Assembly: GCA_049512075.1 (NCBI GenBank)
Contig: JBEKXL010000017.1
Location: 1 to 50,257 of the forward strand
Length of the DNA stretch: 50,257 nucleotides
Reading direction: 5' to 3'
Source of the DNA: Candidatus Bathyarchaeia archaeon
GTDB lineage: Archaea; Thermoproteota; Bathyarchaeia; Bathyarchaeales; Bathycorpusculaceae
Both the position numbers and the translations under genes were made by a program. A model generated the notes under the pieces. It made no database searches, was not told where the DNA came from, and saw only the letters and a program-made list of their open reading frames with translations. Shown piece after piece: positions 48,285 to 50,257 of this stretch. Positions within the stretch are counted from its first letter, which is position 1; the number at the start of each line of letters is the position of its first letter.

Positions 48285-48434
48285 TCACTGCACCCTTCTT
48301 TTCTCTGGAAACCGTTTGTGGATCCTCTGTTCGGCTACCTTGGCCGCTGCTCTCAGCATTCTTGCAGCTTCTTCATTGATCCTAGGTCTTGACGGATCCC
48401 TTTTTGAACTCATGTTTCTACCTGCAGACACCAT
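48285..48434 (-). CDS. 49-aa basic microprotein convergent with the integrase
   Basis: Manual translation MVSAGRNMSSKRDPSRPRINEEAARMLRAAAKVAEQRIHKRFPEKRRVQ; TTTAT boxes upstream. Confidence 0.4.
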   Translation of the reverse strand: MVSAGRNMSSKRDPSRPRINEEAARMLRAAAKVAEQRIHKRFPEKRRVQ

Positions 48435-48695
48435 CTTTGGATAAATGCACATAAACCTTCCCCCCCCCCGCGAATTGCAAGTAGCCAGTCTCAGCGAGAT
48501 TCCTCGACGCGCGCGCTACACCAGAAGAGAACCCTGAATACGCAAAGGTGGTTCTGTTAACTCTTAGGCGCTTAAAGAAGTCTGTTAACCATCGGCGCTT
48601 CTGGCGTAAACCAATGCTTCAGCAAACTAATTATGGGGAAACTTCATACTAGAAACTACAAATACACTTGAATTGCAATTATGTGAAGGTATTGG

Positions 48696-49754
48696 ATGTC
48701 GAAGACTAACGTTGAGAAAGCCGTTGAATGGTATCGTGAGAAAAGGGGTATTTTTGAAGCCTTGGCAAAGAGGGTAGAATCGATTATTCACGAAGTACTA
48801 GATGAGAGGAAGATCAACTATTACAGCATTAGTAGCAGGGCTAAGTCTATTGAAAGTTGCGAAGCGAAAGCCTCAAAAGAGAAGTACAAGGACCCGCCTT
48901 CCGAGATTCAAGACATGGCAGGAGTTAGAGTCATCACTTATACTGATGTCGATGCAAAGACTATTTCCAAGATAATCCAAGAGTTATTTGAGATTCAACC
49001 AGAAAATGCCGTTGATAAAACTGAAGAATTGGGGACAAATAGAGTAGGTTATCGTTCTATACACTGTGTTGGAACCCTTGGATCTGAACGAGTCAAGCTA
49101 CCTGAAAACAAAGTATTCAAGGATATGTGGTGTGAGATTCAAGTTAGAACCATTCTACAACATGCGTGGGCCGAGTTTGAACATGACAGAAACTACAAGT
49201 TTAGTGGCGTTCTACCAAAGGATATACAAAGAAGACTTTCGATTGTAGCAGGAAACCTAGAACTTATAGACCGAGAGTTTGATAACATATCAAAGGCTAT
49301 CGATAACTACACTTCAGAAATACGAGGAAAGACAGAATCAGGTGACTTGCGCATACCGATAAATTCCACATCTCTGAGAACATATCTGGAAAATAGACTA
49401 AAGGATGTGGTCGTAGCTGGCTTAACACCAAGCTTTAGAGGAGCTGACAAGGAAATCATTGATGAAATGACCGCTATGGGCATCAACACTATCGAGGACC
49501 TAGATGGTATTATTCCAAAAGACTATATTCAGAAAAAAATTAAATACATGCATTTTGAAGAAGAACAGGGATATACTTTTTCGGGATCTGTGAGAGACTT
49601 TCTCATGATTCACGATATTGATGCTTACTTCAAAAAGGCGTGGAAGGAAAAGTGGCACTTTATGTATAGGGAGGATGCCGCTTTCTTGAAAGAATATGGC
49701 ATAGATTTTGAGGAATATGCGCAGATGCATGATTTGAAATTAGAATGGTTGTGA
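48696..49754 (+). CDS. RelA/SpoT synthetase-domain protein (small alarmone synthetase-like)
   Basis: SRAKS, QDMAGVRV, GYRSIH, EIQVRTILQHAWAEFEH; additional C-terminal domain; no HD hydrolase domain. Confidence 0.92.
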   Translation: MSKTNVEKAVEWYREKRGIFEALAKRVESIIHEVLDERKINYYSISSRAKSIESCEAKASKEKYKDPPSEIQDMAGVRVITYTDVDAKTISKIIQELFEIQPENAVDKTEELGTNRVGYRSIHCVGTLGSERVKLPENKVFKDMWCEIQVRTILQHAWAEFEHDRNYKFSGVLPKDIQRRLSIVAGNLELIDREFDNISKAIDNYTSEIRGKTESGDLRIPINSTSLRTYLENRLKDVVVAGLTPSFRGADKEIIDEMTAMGINTIEDLDGIIPKDYIQKKIKYMHFEEEQGYTFSGSVRDFLMIHDIDAYFKKAWKEKWHFMYREDAAFLKEYGIDFEEYAQMHDLKLEWL

Positions 49755-49832
49755 TTGAAGCTTTGATGCGTATTATTCTAGGCCATCACTGTCCAATCTT
49801 TGCTTATGCCTGAACAAGAATGCCGTTACGTC

Positions 49833-50128
49833 TTAAGGATTTGTCTTAATCTTCTGATACTGGGTTGCTTTCTTGATTAACGACATCCATTCTGCCTTCT
49901 CAGTTTCAACATTTGCTTTTTGTGCAGGAGTTTTACCATTCAACGCCATGTGGGGTCTTATGAAGTTGTAGTAGATTCTCAGGCCATCCATCATTGTCTG
50001 TGCTGTTTCAACATCATCGAGCCCTCTCATAACCTTGTTTCTTTGTCTTATTGTTCCATGTAGTCTTTCAACCATGTTGTTGTTTGAACGGTCTCTAATG
50101 TTCGGAATCCTAACGTGCTGAGTTCTCG
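49833..50128 (-). mobile_element. 3' remnant of an IS6-like/rve-type DDE transposase
   Basis: NNNMVERLHGTIRQRNKVMRGL...YYNFIRPHMALNGKTPA; cut at GCGCGCGC 50129-50136. Confidence 0.8.
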
Positions 50129-50136
50129 GCGCGCGC

Positions 50137-50257
50137 TGCCTTGTCCCGAAATTGGTGTAAAATGGTCATAATTCCTGTTTTCGGGTTCAGGGACAGTTTT
50201 GAGGCACATGCGTGTTTTTAGCCCTTCTATGTGCCTTGGCTTTCCAGACGGGCTAAA
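50137..50257 (+). mobile_element. Left end of an IS of the same family as 15802-16090 (runs off the window)
   Basis: TGCCTTGTCCCGAA is the exact reverse complement of 16077-16090. Confidence 0.7.

Larger units (their letters stand above)
46861..50128. mobile_element. Left part of a tRNA-Ser-integrated element (integrase plus cargo)
   Basis: Integrase directly 3' of the tRNA; AT-richer cargo gene; no attR duplicate seen in the window. Confidence 0.6.

Overview
An archaeal chromosomal segment. Gene content and style (TATA/BRE promoters, porCDAB, NurA-HerA, large REC-PAS-HATPase kinases) are most consistent with Bathyarchaeia; this assignment is inference. It is a mosaic accessory region containing: a flotillin, a broken tyrosine integrase, several toxin-antitoxin-like pairs, two paralogous hybrid sensor kinases, a 2-oxoacid:ferredoxin oxidoreductase operon, a stand-alone nurA-herA pair, a PDO-thioredoxin reductase fusion, an ArsR-type regulator with an ABC/HtrA regulon, a cas2 remnant, and tRNA-Ser(GCT) followed by an integrase and a RelA/SpoT-domain gene. 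The most striking unexplained signal is an alternating purine-pyrimidine palindrome (core GCGCGC, fullest form TAGCGCGCGCTA). About 30 exact cores were counted by eye, almost all outside intact genes. They bracket nearly every transcription unit, sit at the breakpoints of several truncated genes, and flank both copies of an IS terminal repeat. Other notable signals are a 44-bp operator-BRE-TATA module present three times, three 25-bp sites with a variable 6-bp centre abutting the cas2 remnant, two tRNA 3' fragments (att-like scars), and a small secreted Gly-rich peptide divergent from a double-HTH regulator. All calls come from motif recognition only; no searches were run.
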